From positions 47,481 through 111,480 of the forward strand of contig JBFLYH010000002.1 of assembly GCA_040756875.1 (NCBI GenBank): a DNA stretch of 64,000 bases, in the 5' to 3' direction. Shown here piece by piece: positions 21,901 through 33,900 of this stretch. Position numbers and translations under genes: made by a program. The DNA comes from a candidate division FCPU426 bacterium (GTDB lineage Bacteria > Oederibacteriota > JAAXVQ01 > JAUVAV01). The notes beneath the pieces were generated by a model. It made no database searches, was not told where the DNA came from, and worked only from the letters and a program-made list of their open reading frames with translations. The first letter of the stretch is position 1, and the number at the start of each line of letters is the position of its first letter.

Positions 21901-24900
21901 CATGTCCTCCTTCAGGAACTGCTCGCGCAAGGAGTCGTCGGCCAGCAGCTGGTAGAGCTTTTTCAGCTGTTTGTAGTCCACCACGCGGCGGGTCCAGTGG
22001 AAGAAGCGCATGCCCGCCACCCGCTCCTTCCAGCCCGCGTCCAGGCCGCAGTTCTCGACCAGCAGGTCCTGCATGGCTGACCGGGCCTTGGCTTTCTCGG
22101 CCACCAGCTGCTCGTCGCTCTGTCGCGCCCAACCGCGGAACCCCGGCCACTGCCAGAACTTCAGGTTGACGCCGTTGGTGATGGAGACCACTTTGTCCCG
22201 CACCCGGCGGTAGGTGGGCATGGTGCGCATGGTCTGGGCGTGGAGTTTGGCCACGCCGTACAGGCCGTGCGCCAGGGCCGCGATCATGCCGGTGATATGG
22301 ATTGTGTCCCCTTCCAGGGCCAGGCGCAGCAGATCCGGGTTGAGCCGGTACCGTTCCAGGAAGCCCTTGCTCTCCTTCATGTGCGCGTATTCCAGGGGCG
22401 TATGGTCGTTGAACACGAATTTGGCCCGGCCCAGAGTCTCCTGGAATTCGTCCTGCACCAGGGCCGGCAGGGCGAACGTGCCGGCGCTCATTTCGGAGAC
22501 GATGACCGTGTCCGGGTTGATGCCGAGTTTGGCCAAAAGCGCCAGGTAGCCCCGGCCGATCAGGTAGCTTTGCTCCATCTCGATCCGCTTCTTGCGCTCC
22601 CATTCCGGGTCTTTCTGGAAACGCTCGGCGCCGTGCTTGTCGGCCGAGCCCGCGTAAGCCACGTCGAAGACATTGGGTTCGGTCTCGGCCGGATCGAAAT
22701 CATCCAGGTAGTAGGTGACGCTGTCCGTATCCTGGTCGTAATCCTCCCAGACCCGGACTTTGCGCAGGCGCTGGTCGTAAAGCGGCACTTCGAGCACCAG
22801 CTGCTGGCCCGGATGCTCGGGGTCCGGGGCCGGCCGCAGCGCGGAACGGAGCACATCGCCGGTCGTGACCTGCTGCAGGCTGAATTCCGGGTAGGTCACG
22901 CCCGCTTCGCCCAGGGTTTTCACCTGCTGCATCCAGACTTTTTGGTAGAGAGGCGCCACGCTGACCACGCGCCGGATGCCCGGGTCCACGGCCAGGTCCT
23001 CCAGGCGGTCGCGCAGGAGCGGCCCGATGCCGCCCACGGACATGGACATGCACATGGTCTGCAGCACCTTCCGGACGCTGCCGGCTTGCCGGATGGCTTC
23101 GTCCAGGCGCTGCCGCCAGGGATGCCGCGGGTTCTCCAGGGCCTGTCGCGCGGCCTGTTCCATGCGCAGCGTCAGCCGGCTTTCCACGGTCAGTTCCACC
23201 ACGGTCTTGGCGTGCGGAGCCGTGGTCGCCAGGCGGGCCAGATGTTCGTAATGGACCTCGCGCGGCCAGTCGAACGCCCGCAGCCTGGCCACGGCCGCTT
23301 CGTGGCCTTCGCGCAGGCTGAGGAGTTCGTGCAGCAGCAGGTAGCGCAAGCCGTCCGGAAAGGCGTTGCCCAGGCGCTCGCGGAAGAAGCGCAGGCGTTC
23401 GCCGCTGATGAAGAGGTATTGGATTTCCTGGCCCTCGAACACCGGGAACATCGTGCCGCGGTTGATCAGTTCGAACAGCTCCCGGCCGGGCCCGGACAGC
23501 CGGTCCACGAGTTTGGGGTCCGCTTCGCGCACCTGCAGCCAGCCCTTGACTTCCCTGGCTTCGTAGCCGCGCAGCAGTTCCGCGTACTGCGGATCCGCGA
23601 ACAACCCGTCGATGGCATCGGCCAGCTCGTGCTCCCACTGCCGCTGTTCCACGGCCAGCCGCCGGTTGGCCGCCTGGCGGCCCAGGCCCAGCCGGTTCAG
23701 CAGGCCGTCGAACACTTCAGCTTCGGTAAACAGCTGGCCGGCCGCCACGGCGGCGGCCAGGGGTCCGGTTTTTTCCAGCTGTCCGGCCAGCTGCAGGACC
23801 TGGCCCCCGAAAGTGCTGTTGAGGAACGCGTAGGCTTCGGTCTCCCGCGCCTGCGGCTGGACCACAAACGCGAATCCGGCTTTGGGCCCGCCCACCAGGT
23901 TCACCACGGCGTGCGTCCCCACGATCACGGCCAGCGCCAGGCCCGCGAACAGGTAGCCTGTGGGATTGAGCAGCAATTGCAGCGTGGCCAAGGCCAGCCC
24001 GGTCAGGCTCGTGATCCGCAGCAGCGGCAGCGAGAACAGCGGCCGCCAGTGCTGCTGAACGAAAGCGCGGACAGCGATTCCGCCGCGAGCCTGCCAGGGC
24101 ATGTGCCCCAGGTGCCAGGCCACCTGCAGCACGCCGAAGGTCGCCCAGAACGGCGGACCCAGGGCGAACGGCAGGCCGAACGCCAGGCTGAGCAGGAACG
24201 CGCCGGCCAAACTCAGCGCGCCCACGAACAGGCCGGATTCAACGGCCGCCGGCACCAGGGCTTGGCCCGCCACCCACCCCAGGTGTTTGCCCAGCACGCG
24301 GCTTGCCCCGGCTTCCACGCGGTCGTACCAACCCGCCAGCCACGGCCAGCGGCCGCGGGTGGCCTTTTTGTTGAGATAATAAGTCAGCAGCATCCGCTGG
24401 GTCTGTTCTTCCGCCTCGTTGATGCTCAAGGCGCCGGCCGGCACCCGGGTGACCTCGCCGCCGGGCGCGAGCATGAAAGAATCCCGGGGCACGAGCCGAC
24501 CCTGCGTCTTTTGGTACATGGTCAGAAACATCCGCTGGTCTTCCTCATCGCCAGTCAGCAGGTAGCCGCCCTCGCGGACGTCCTGTCCCATTTGCAGGAT
24601 CCGCTGCTCGCGCTGATCCTTGTACATGTACAGCACGTTGAAGCAGATCTTCAGGTCCGCCGGCACGTTCTGGCCGAAGGAGGCCTGCACGACCTCAAAG
24701 CCGTTGGCCGCGGCAAAAGCGGCAAAGGGCTGTTCGACCACCCGCAGGTTCGCGGACAAGGTCCCGGCCTGATGGCGTTGGAACCACTCCGACATTTCCT
24801 GCAGCCGGCTTTCGTCGTAAACCGTCGTGCCGCCGGACTGGAAGCCGGCCAGGAACCTGCCAGCCTGGTCGTAATAGGCGAACTCGCCGGTCTGGGCGTC

Positions 24901-27900
24901 CGTGACGGACCAGGCCGGGACCAAAACATCGCTGCCTTTGACCATGGCCTCGGGATTCAGGGCGTGGACCGCGGCAGAGAGGTTGGCCACCGTGACCGGG
25001 ACCGGACCGCCCAGCCCGATGTTTTCGACCACCACGTTGTTCCTGCGGGACAGCATGCGCCGCAGCGAGCGCTCCCGGCCTAAAAATCTCCATAGAAGAT
25101 CGAGCCGGTTGGGCCGGGTGTTGATGTTGATGAAGCCCTGGAACGGCTGGTCGGCCAGGGATTGTTCGAGTTCACGGATTTGCTGCGGAGTCAGGAGCCT
25201 CCTCAAGGCCGGTTTGATCAGCATTTGCGTCGCGGCCGTGCGGGCCCGGGCGATGATGCCGAAGGACGGATGGAAAAGCAACTGGCGCAGGGTGGCGACC
25301 GCGGCTGCGCGCTCTTCGTAAGACAGCCAGTCCCAGCGGTCACTGATGCGCTTCACCTCGGCCGCGGCTGCGTTGAATTCCATGGCCGGTTGGGCGGCCT
25401 GGGCCTGCGCTTCAACCTGCCGGAGCGGAGCCTGCGTCGCTTCCTGATCGCGGAGGAACCGCGGCGTTTCCCCGGGTCGTGTCTGTATTTCCGCCACCGG
25501 CACCACGGCTATTCCGAAAATCAGCCGGACGCTTTCCCAAAACGCGGCGGCGAAGGTCCTGCCGCCTGCCTGGTCCTGCGGTTGGACCAGGAAAGCCAAA
25601 CCCGCCTTGGGTCCGGCCACCAGGTTCGCCAGCGCATGCACTCCCACCATCACAGCCAGCGCCAGGCCGGCGAACAAATAGCCCGTGGGATTGACCAGCA
25701 CCTGCAGCGTGGCCAAGGCCAGCCCGGTCAGGCCCGTAATCCGCAGCAGCGGCAGCGAGAACAGCGGCCGCCAGTGCTGCTGAATGAAAGCGCGGACAGG
25801 GGTTCTGGCGCGCGCCTGCCAGGGCATGTGCCCCAGGTGCCAGGCGGCTTGCAGAATGCCGAACGCCGCCCAGAACGGCGGGCCCAGGGCAAACGGCAGG
25901 CCGAAGGCCAGGCTGAGCAGGAATGCGCCGGCCAGGCTCAGCACGCCCACGAACAGGCCGGATTCAACGGCCGCCGGAAACAGGGCCCGGCCCATCACCC
26001 GGCCCAGGCGCTGGCCCAGCACGCGGCTTGCCCGGGCTTCCACGCGGCTGTACCACTTCTGCAGCCAGGGCCAGCGGCCTGAATCGTGCATCATATGGGC
26101 CATGATCAGATTTTCAGTCTGCTTCTCGGCCGCGGCGATGTCCAGATGGCCGGCGGGCATTTCGTAGGGCCCTTCGGGCCCCAGCATGACCGTGCGCTGG
26201 GGTTGGAGCCGGCCCCTGCGTTTTTCATACACCGTGAAAAAGATGCGGCTCACCATCCCGTCCCGGCTTTCGTAGGTTTCCTCCTCGCCCACGAGCAGGA
26301 CCCCGCCCTCGCGGAGGTCCTGGCCCATGTCCGCGATCAAGTCCGCCTTTTGCCGCGGGTACATGTACAGCATGTTGAAAACCAGTTTCATATCGGCGGA
26401 AATGCCCCGGCCAAAGGCCGCGCGGGCGATTTTAAAACCGTGCTCAGCGGCGTACGTCTGCAGGGGCCGGTGGTTGGCCGTATAGCCCTCGGGCAGCTGC
26501 CGGCCGGGCTTCAGCGACGCGAAAAACGCCAGGTCGTCCTGTTCGGTCACCGCGCCGCCGGTGGATATGCGAAAAACGCCCATCAACCCGCCGTTCTCAT
26601 CGTAATAAGCGAAACGTTCGTTGGCTGCGTCCGTGATCGACCACTCGGGCACCAGGATGTCGCTGCCCACGACCAGGGCCTGGGGATTGAGGCTGTGCAC
26701 GGTTTCGGCCAATTCGGCCACGGTGGACGGTTCCTGGCCGCCGAGCCCGATGTTCTCCACCACGCGCCGGCCCGGTTTCCGCAGCAACCCGCCCAGCATG
26801 GCGTCCGTGGCGAGGAATTGGTTCAAGGCCTGGAGGCGGTTGGGCTGGGTGGACAGATTGATGAATCCCTGGTATGCCTGCCTGGCCAGGGCGTGCTCCA
26901 GGGCGGCCTGCTGTTCCGGCGTCAGCAGCGCGCGCAGGTCATTGATGTTGAGCAGGGCCAGGGCGGACTGGCGCGCGCGCGCCACCACGGCAAAGCGCGG
27001 ATCGGCCAGCCGCTCCGCGACCAGCGCCACCGCGGCTGCGCGCTTGGCGGCTGTGAAGGATTTGAAATCGACTTCCGCGCTGACCAGCCTCCGGATCGTG
27101 CCGCCCAGGGCGGGCAAGGCCAGCACCGGCCACTTCAAGTTCGGGAAAGTCCGCGCCACCCAGTTGTTGAGGCTGTGAATCAGCGACGACGCCAGGAACG
27201 CGGCCAGGCCGCCGGTTAGGGGCAGGTTGGCCTGGCTCAGGCCAAAACTTACGGCAAAATACACGGCCCCCAGCAGCAAGGTCATTCCGCCGGCAGCCAG
27301 CCACTGCCTGGTGGTCCAGCCTTGGTCCCGGTGCGCGACCAGGAACGCGCCGCCGAACACCGCCAGGCCGATCCCGGCGGCCAGGGGCGAGAGGACTCCC
27401 AGGTGGAACAGCAGCATGGGCGCCACGCGGAAAATCAGTTCCTCGCCGAAAGGCCGCAGGCCCTTGGGCACCCAGGGCAGATGCCGCTCCCAGAAGGACA
27501 GTTCCAGCTCCACGGACGCGGATTCGCCCGGCGCGCGCGGTTTGAGCGGCGTCTCCTGCACGCGGGTCTGCAGGCCATGGAAGGATTCCGTGTACAGCAA
27601 GTGGGTGAAAGCGCCCGGCATTTCCGCGGTCAGGCGTTCGGCCTGGGCCACGGTCCAGCCGGTTTCTGCCAGCGAAAACTCGAATTGCGCTTCCGCGTCC
27701 AGCAGGTAGAAGCTCAAGGGGCGGACCTCACCGGCCTGCTTCTGGTAGAGCACGAAACAGGCAAACGCCAGGCCCTGTTCGTTCTGGGTCTTGCCGGTCA
27801 GCAGGTAACCGCCTTCAGCCAGGTCCTTCCCCATGGTCCGGACGATTTCCGCTTCCTTGCCCGGGTTCATATACATGACATTGAAGCAGGTTTTAATGTC

Positions 27901-30900
27901 CGCCTTGATCCCCTCGCCAAACGAGGCGACCTGCACGGAAAAACCGTTTTGGCTGGCGAAATACTGCACGGGCCTGAACACCATTTCATAGGTCTGCTGC
28001 AGTTCTAGGGACGAGGCAAAGCGCTGGTACACGTCCGAATATTCCCCGGCCAGCCCGTCCGCCGGGATGCCGCGGGGCGTATACGCCTGGATAAAGTTGC
28101 CCCGCTGGTCAAAGTAGGCGAACCAGCCCGTGGCTTTGTTGCGCAGCATGAACGCCGGCAGGAAAAGGTCGGCTCCGATCACCTGGTTGGCGGGATTGAT
28201 GCTTTTGGCCAGGGCGGACAGTTCCGCCGTGGTCACAGGTTCAGGCCCGCCGATGCCGATGTCATTGATGACCGCGCCGGCCGGGCGCTCCAGCAAAGCC
28301 CGGATGCCCGGGAAACGAGCCAGGAAACCCCACACGGCCGAGAGCCGGCCGGGTTCGGTGATCAGGCGCACAGTGGCCGCCTCCCTGAATGCTTCCAGCT
28401 TGTCCTGGGCCAATTGCTGCAGGGCCGGGTCCTCCAGCCCCGGGGCCAGGACGTTCAGGGCGTGCCAGGCGGACATGACCACGCGCAGGTTCGTGTGCAG
28501 CAGGAGGTTGATCAGGGTATAGGCGTACGCCTCGCGCTCGCCGCGGCCGAGTTCCCCGCGGCGCCATTCGATCCCCACCACCCCGCGCACGATGTCCCCG
28601 GCTTCGGAACTGGCCAGCAGCGCCGGTATTTCCTCCGGGCGCGCGGCTTGGGCGCTGTCTCCGGCCACCACGGCGGTCAGTCCTTCGGGTTGGCGCAGGG
28701 AGGCGAGCGAATCCCTGGCGGGCGGCGAGCGTTCCGGCAGTCTGGCTTCGAGCTGGGGTCGCGCCACATCCGGTGCGGTTGTGACCAGCAGGGTCTCAGC
28801 CAGCAGCGCTGTAAAGGAAGCCCCCAGCTTCCCCCAAACGGTTTTTTTACTGTCAGGCGTCCCTGTTTTCGGCTCGAGGACGCCGGCTTCCGCGCCTTCC
28901 ATCCCCTTGCCTTCCAAAGCCAGCACCGGCCAGTTCAAATTAGGGAACGTCCGCGCCACCCAGTTGTTGAGGCTGTGGATCAAGGACGAGGCCAGGAACC
29001 CTGCCAGGCCGCCGGTCAGGGGCAGGTTGGCCTGGCTCAGGCCGACGCTGGCGCCGAAGTATGCCGCGCTCAAGACAAACGTCACGCCGGCCGCGGCTAG
29101 CCACTGCCGGGTGGTCCAGCCTTTGTCCCTATGCGCCACCAGGAACGCGCCGCCGAACACCGCCAGGCCGATCCCGGCGGCCAGGGGCGAGAGGTACCCC
29201 AGGTGGAACAGCAGCATGGGCGCCACGCGGAAGATCAGTTCCTCGCCGAACGGCCGCAGGCCCTTGGGCACCCAGGGCAGATGCCGCTCCCAGAAGGACA
29301 GTTCCAGGGTGGGCGTGCCGGGCCGCTGCACGGTGGGCGGCCGGGCCAGTTGCTGGGCCGCGATTTTTTCCTGCAAGGCTTGTTTGACCGCGGACACCAC
29401 GTTCAACAGCCGCGGTTCAGGTTCGTCGAGATGGAGATATCCTTTCAGCGCCTCGGCCGGCTGGAAGAGATAGGCCGGAACGGATTCAGGCCGCGTCTGC
29501 AGGTCCGAGGCCGGCACGACCACCGGCGCAATGGGCTGGTCGTCGAAGCGCAGCACCCGGCCGGCTGTGCCGTCCAGGTAGAACGTCAGGCCCGCGACCT
29601 GGGTTTCAACCACGGATTCGGATTCAAAGCGCAGGGGAAAGCTCAATTTTCGGGCGGTAAACCCCTCCTGCTTGAGCAGGTTGCTGATTTCCTGCGCACA
29701 GGGCCCGCACAGGTTGGGATAACGCACATCCGACGTGATTTCCCGCAGGGCTCCGGGAATGGCGGCCAGCACTTTTTTAAAGCGCGTCACTTCCTCCTGT
29801 TCGGCCGGGGACAGGGTCCGGCCGGTTTCAGCCAGCACCCGCTGCAGCATAGCGTCGAAGCGTTCGGGTGTCATGCCTTCATACTCCGGATACATGCGCT
29901 CCGGCCCGCTGAAGTGCGCCATCAGCATCTTGACCGCATACCCCAGGGTGAACCTTTCGCCTTCATGCACGATGCGCCCCAGGCTGTAGCCGGATGAAGT
30001 CCGGTCCATGCGCGCGAGCTCGTTCACGAGGAATTCGCGCGCCTGCGGGGTTTGCAGGTCCAGGCGAGCCAGGGCTTCAAAGCCCTTCTGCAGCACCGGC
30101 ACGTGGGGATACAGGCCGCGGAGCGGCGCTAAAATCTCTTGGATCCTGGCCATTTCCCTCTCCGCCAGCCCGGCCGGCGCCGGCGCGGCCACGGATTCAG
30201 CCTCCACCGCGTGCAGCTCAGGCAGCGCGACCTGCGCAACCTCCCGCCCCTCCTGCGCGGCCCGCAAGCCCAGGGTGATCTCGTAACCCTGCCAAGTGAG
30301 TTCCTCGGTTTCCTGGATCGTCAACCCCTGCGCCGGCAAATCGAAACGGCGGTTGCCCGCGATGATGTGGACGGACTGCGGCACGATCCGGCCGTTTTCT
30401 TTCCGGTAAACCGCCAGCTGGAGGTCATACGCCTTGCCCGGCCCCCGCCAGGCGGAGAGCGAATGGCCGGTGACCAGGTAGCCGCCCTCGTTCAGGTCCT
30501 GGCCCATGCGTTCGATGATTTCGGATTCCCGGCCCGCGTAAAAATACAGCGTGTTGAAACAAAGCTTGACCTCCGCCGGCGCCGTTTCTCCGAAGGAGGA
30601 CTGCTGGATCTCGAATCCGTATTTTTCCGCGTACGCGCGGTACGGGTCCGGCTGGAACGTAAAACCAGTTTGCGGCTTGGCGGGTTGCACGCGGAACTGC
30701 GCAAAAGCCGACCGGAAGCGCCTGGCCCAGGCCGTACTGCGCGTGGGATTGCCCTTGTCATCATAGAGGCCGAGCAAATTGCCGTCCTGTCCGAAGTAGG
30801 CGAACAAGCCGTTCGCGGCCTGGACCTGGTAGGCCGGGATTAATACGTCGCTGCCGACCAGGCGGGTTTGCGGATTCATCCGGCGCAACCGGGTGGCCAG

Positions 30901-33900
30901 TTCGGCCGTGGTCACGGGCACCGGCCCGCCCAGCCCGATGTCGTTCACCACCGCGCCCCCGCGCCTGAGCAGCAGGGCCCGGATGCCCGGATGGGTGAAA
31001 AGAAAATCATGCAGCCGGGTCAGCCGGCCCTCGAACGTGGAGACCGAGAGCAGGGCGAAACGGTCGTGCTTGGCCAGTTTTTTCCGGACGGCTTTTTGCT
31101 GGGCCGGTGAAAGCCGGGGCAAAACGGCGGTCAGGGTATGGTATGCGGCCATGGCCACGCGTCCGCGGTACGGTTCCATCAGCATCAGCAGGCGTTCGGT
31201 GTATTGCGCGAGATCGGCTTCGGCGATTTCATCGGCCCGGGCTTCGATGGCGCTGATGCCCCGGATCAGCTTGAGCACGCTCGAGGAATCCAGCAGCTCG
31301 CCGATCTGCGCGGCCGGCGCGGCCACATCGGGCCTGCGGGGCAGCACCGGGATGCGGCCCGGCTGGATTTCCATGTCCGTGCCCGCGAAGCCCGTGGCCC
31401 GCAGGTACTCGGGCAGCCCGGTTTCCAAATACCGGCCCAAGGCTTGCGTGAAGTCGCTGGCGCGGGTGAGCCGGGCGCTGACGCTGCCCCAGGCCTCCTC
31501 CAGGTAAGCCCGGCCTTCCACCGGCCCCAGGGCGTCCATCACTCCGTCGAAGATCGCGTTGTCCGGCCGTACACGGAAGGCGAAGAACACCGGGAACAAG
31601 GCGATCAAGGGCGCGAACAGGCCGCGCATCCGGCTGGTCACGGCCAGGCGCTTGGGCCCGTAGAAAGCCGAATAGTACATGACCTGCGAAAACGGCTGGC
31701 GCCGGAACGGCATGGGGAGCAGCCCGTCTCGGTCCACCAGCTTGGGCTCGGCTCCCGGTTCGTCGGGCAGGATCATGTTCTCCGGTTTGGGGTCGAACAG
31801 CACCCAATTGATGCCCGTGCGGTCGCGCAGATATTTCAGCACGGTCAGGTAGGAACGCACGGCCAGGCGCGGCACCGAACCGTTGACCGCCGGACTGGCC
31901 TCCTGCACCTGGTCCAGGGACCGGCCGTGGATGAACTCCTCGGCCATGATGCCCTGGTCCACGAAATGGAAGCTGGGCATGTTGGGATGGCCCTGCAGCC
32001 AGAGCTGGCGGATGCGCGGCTGGAGGAGCGCGACCCAGCCGACCAGGCGCCGCGGCACTTTGAAGGCCACGTCCACCTGCCGCTGTTCGCCGTTGGCGAA
32101 AGTGACCTGCGTTTCCACGCGGTACGCCCGTTTGAACGCCCCGCCGCCGGTCGGCGTGATCTTGACGTCAGGCCCGATCCGCTGCACGCGGGCGCCCGAG
32201 GGCAGGGCCAGGCGGATGGAGCGTTCGAGCAGCCGTTTGCCTTCGACGGCCCGCTGGATGCGTTTGCGGTCCGCGCCGGGAACATCGGCCGAAAAATCCA
32301 GCGCCAGTTCGCGGACCACGCCCGCGGGTTCAGCCGGCGCGGGCCGGGACTGCCAGCGGTAGAAGAGCAGCAGCGCCAGCACCATGACCGCGCCCAAGGC
32401 CGCGCTGCCGGCCACGGCCAGGGAAAAGAAGCCCAGGACATAGGCGGCCAGCGGCAAGGCCACGGCCAGAGTGAAGGCCCCGGCCGCCAGTAGCCACCGG
32501 CTCCAGGAAAGGGCGGGGTGCGTTTCCGCCGCCGCCGGGGCCGCGCCTTCGGCCCGCGAGCGGCGCGTGACGCGCAAACCCCGCGTCTGGCCGCCTTCCG
32601 CAGTCATAAATCCGTAGAGATGGCAATCGCCGGCCGTTGGCATGGAGACGCCGATCTGGTCCACGTTTACACCCTGCCAGGCGCTGGTGTCCACGCTGAT
32701 ACGGCCCACGAATCCCGCCCCCAGGTCAAAGGCGCTTTCGCCCACTTTCTGGCCTTTGCGGTAATACACCAGGGTGAGATGCGCGGTTTCCGCGCGGTGG
32801 TTCATCACGGCCAGGCGCAGGCTGTCCCCCAGCCGGCCCGGAATGATCCGGGCCTGCGCTTCCTGGGAACCGATGGCGTGCAACAGCAGGTTCGGGGCGC
32901 GGGCCGCGCGGGGAATGAGGCCCAGCCAGTAGGCCGGGTCGCCCCAACGCGGCGTTTTCTGCTCGTCCGCGGGCGACGCGGGCCGGGCCTGGTCGAAGAA
33001 ACTGGCGAAGAGGCGGACCGCGCCGGGATGGGCCGCGAGAATTCCCGCCGGTTCGCCCGGATACAGCTGGCCGAGCATGTCCACGAAAGCGGCGTAGGCC
33101 GAGTACAGCAGCCCGCGCCCCTGCAGGCTCCGCCCCAGGCCCTGGTGTTCGATCTGGACGCGGGTGCCGGCCGCGGATTCATACCGCGTGAATTCCCAGA
33201 TGAACAGCGCGCCGCCCACGCCCTGGTCGACCTCGTAGGCCCCCACGGTCTCAATGGCCTGGGCCAGGCTGAATTTGGGCGCGATCAGGATGCGGTGCTT
33301 GAACTTGTGGCGGTCGCGCGCCTGCTCCGGGATTTCCGGGAACTGCATGCTCAGGTAGACCAGGGCGTCGTCCGGCACGTCCGCCAGGTCGGTCCGCAGG
33401 GCTTCGATGATCCTGCGCTTCAACTCCACGTAGGGGATGTAGTTGTCCGTGTCGAATATTTCCTGCAGCCGGATGGTGAACGGCACCAGGGGCCGGCCCC
33501 GGTTGTTCTCCCGCACCATCACGGTTTCCAGCTCGCCCAGCCAATGCGGCGTGTCGAACAGCGTGAACCGGGCGCGGTCCTGCCGGGCCGAGAACAACCG
33601 TCCGAGGGCGATGACCAGGGCCGGCGCCAGCAGCGCCTGGGCCAGCAGGCGCGTCAGCCACCCGTTGACGAGCCGGTAGCGGACCGTGCCAGGCGTGAAG
33701 CGGTCGAGGGGCAGGCCCAGGGCCTTGAGGCCGCGCACGGCCCAGCGCCGGGCCAGGCCGTCGAACGCGAACATCACCCAGTTGCCGTCGCGCACCACCC
33801 GGCCGTGGTTGTCGTAGAACTGGCGGGTGGCGGGTACGTAGGTCCCCAGCGGCGCATTCAGCAGCCGGCTGGTGGCGTCCAGCTTCCGCCACTCCTCGAA

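Noticed and set aside
23850-29307. Direct repeats as IS ends, CRISPR or a diversity-generating retroelement TR/VR pair
   Set aside because: The repeats are in-frame coding modules of 390-500 bp. No transposase, cas or reverse transcriptase is present, and the mismatches I inspected are not confined to adenines.
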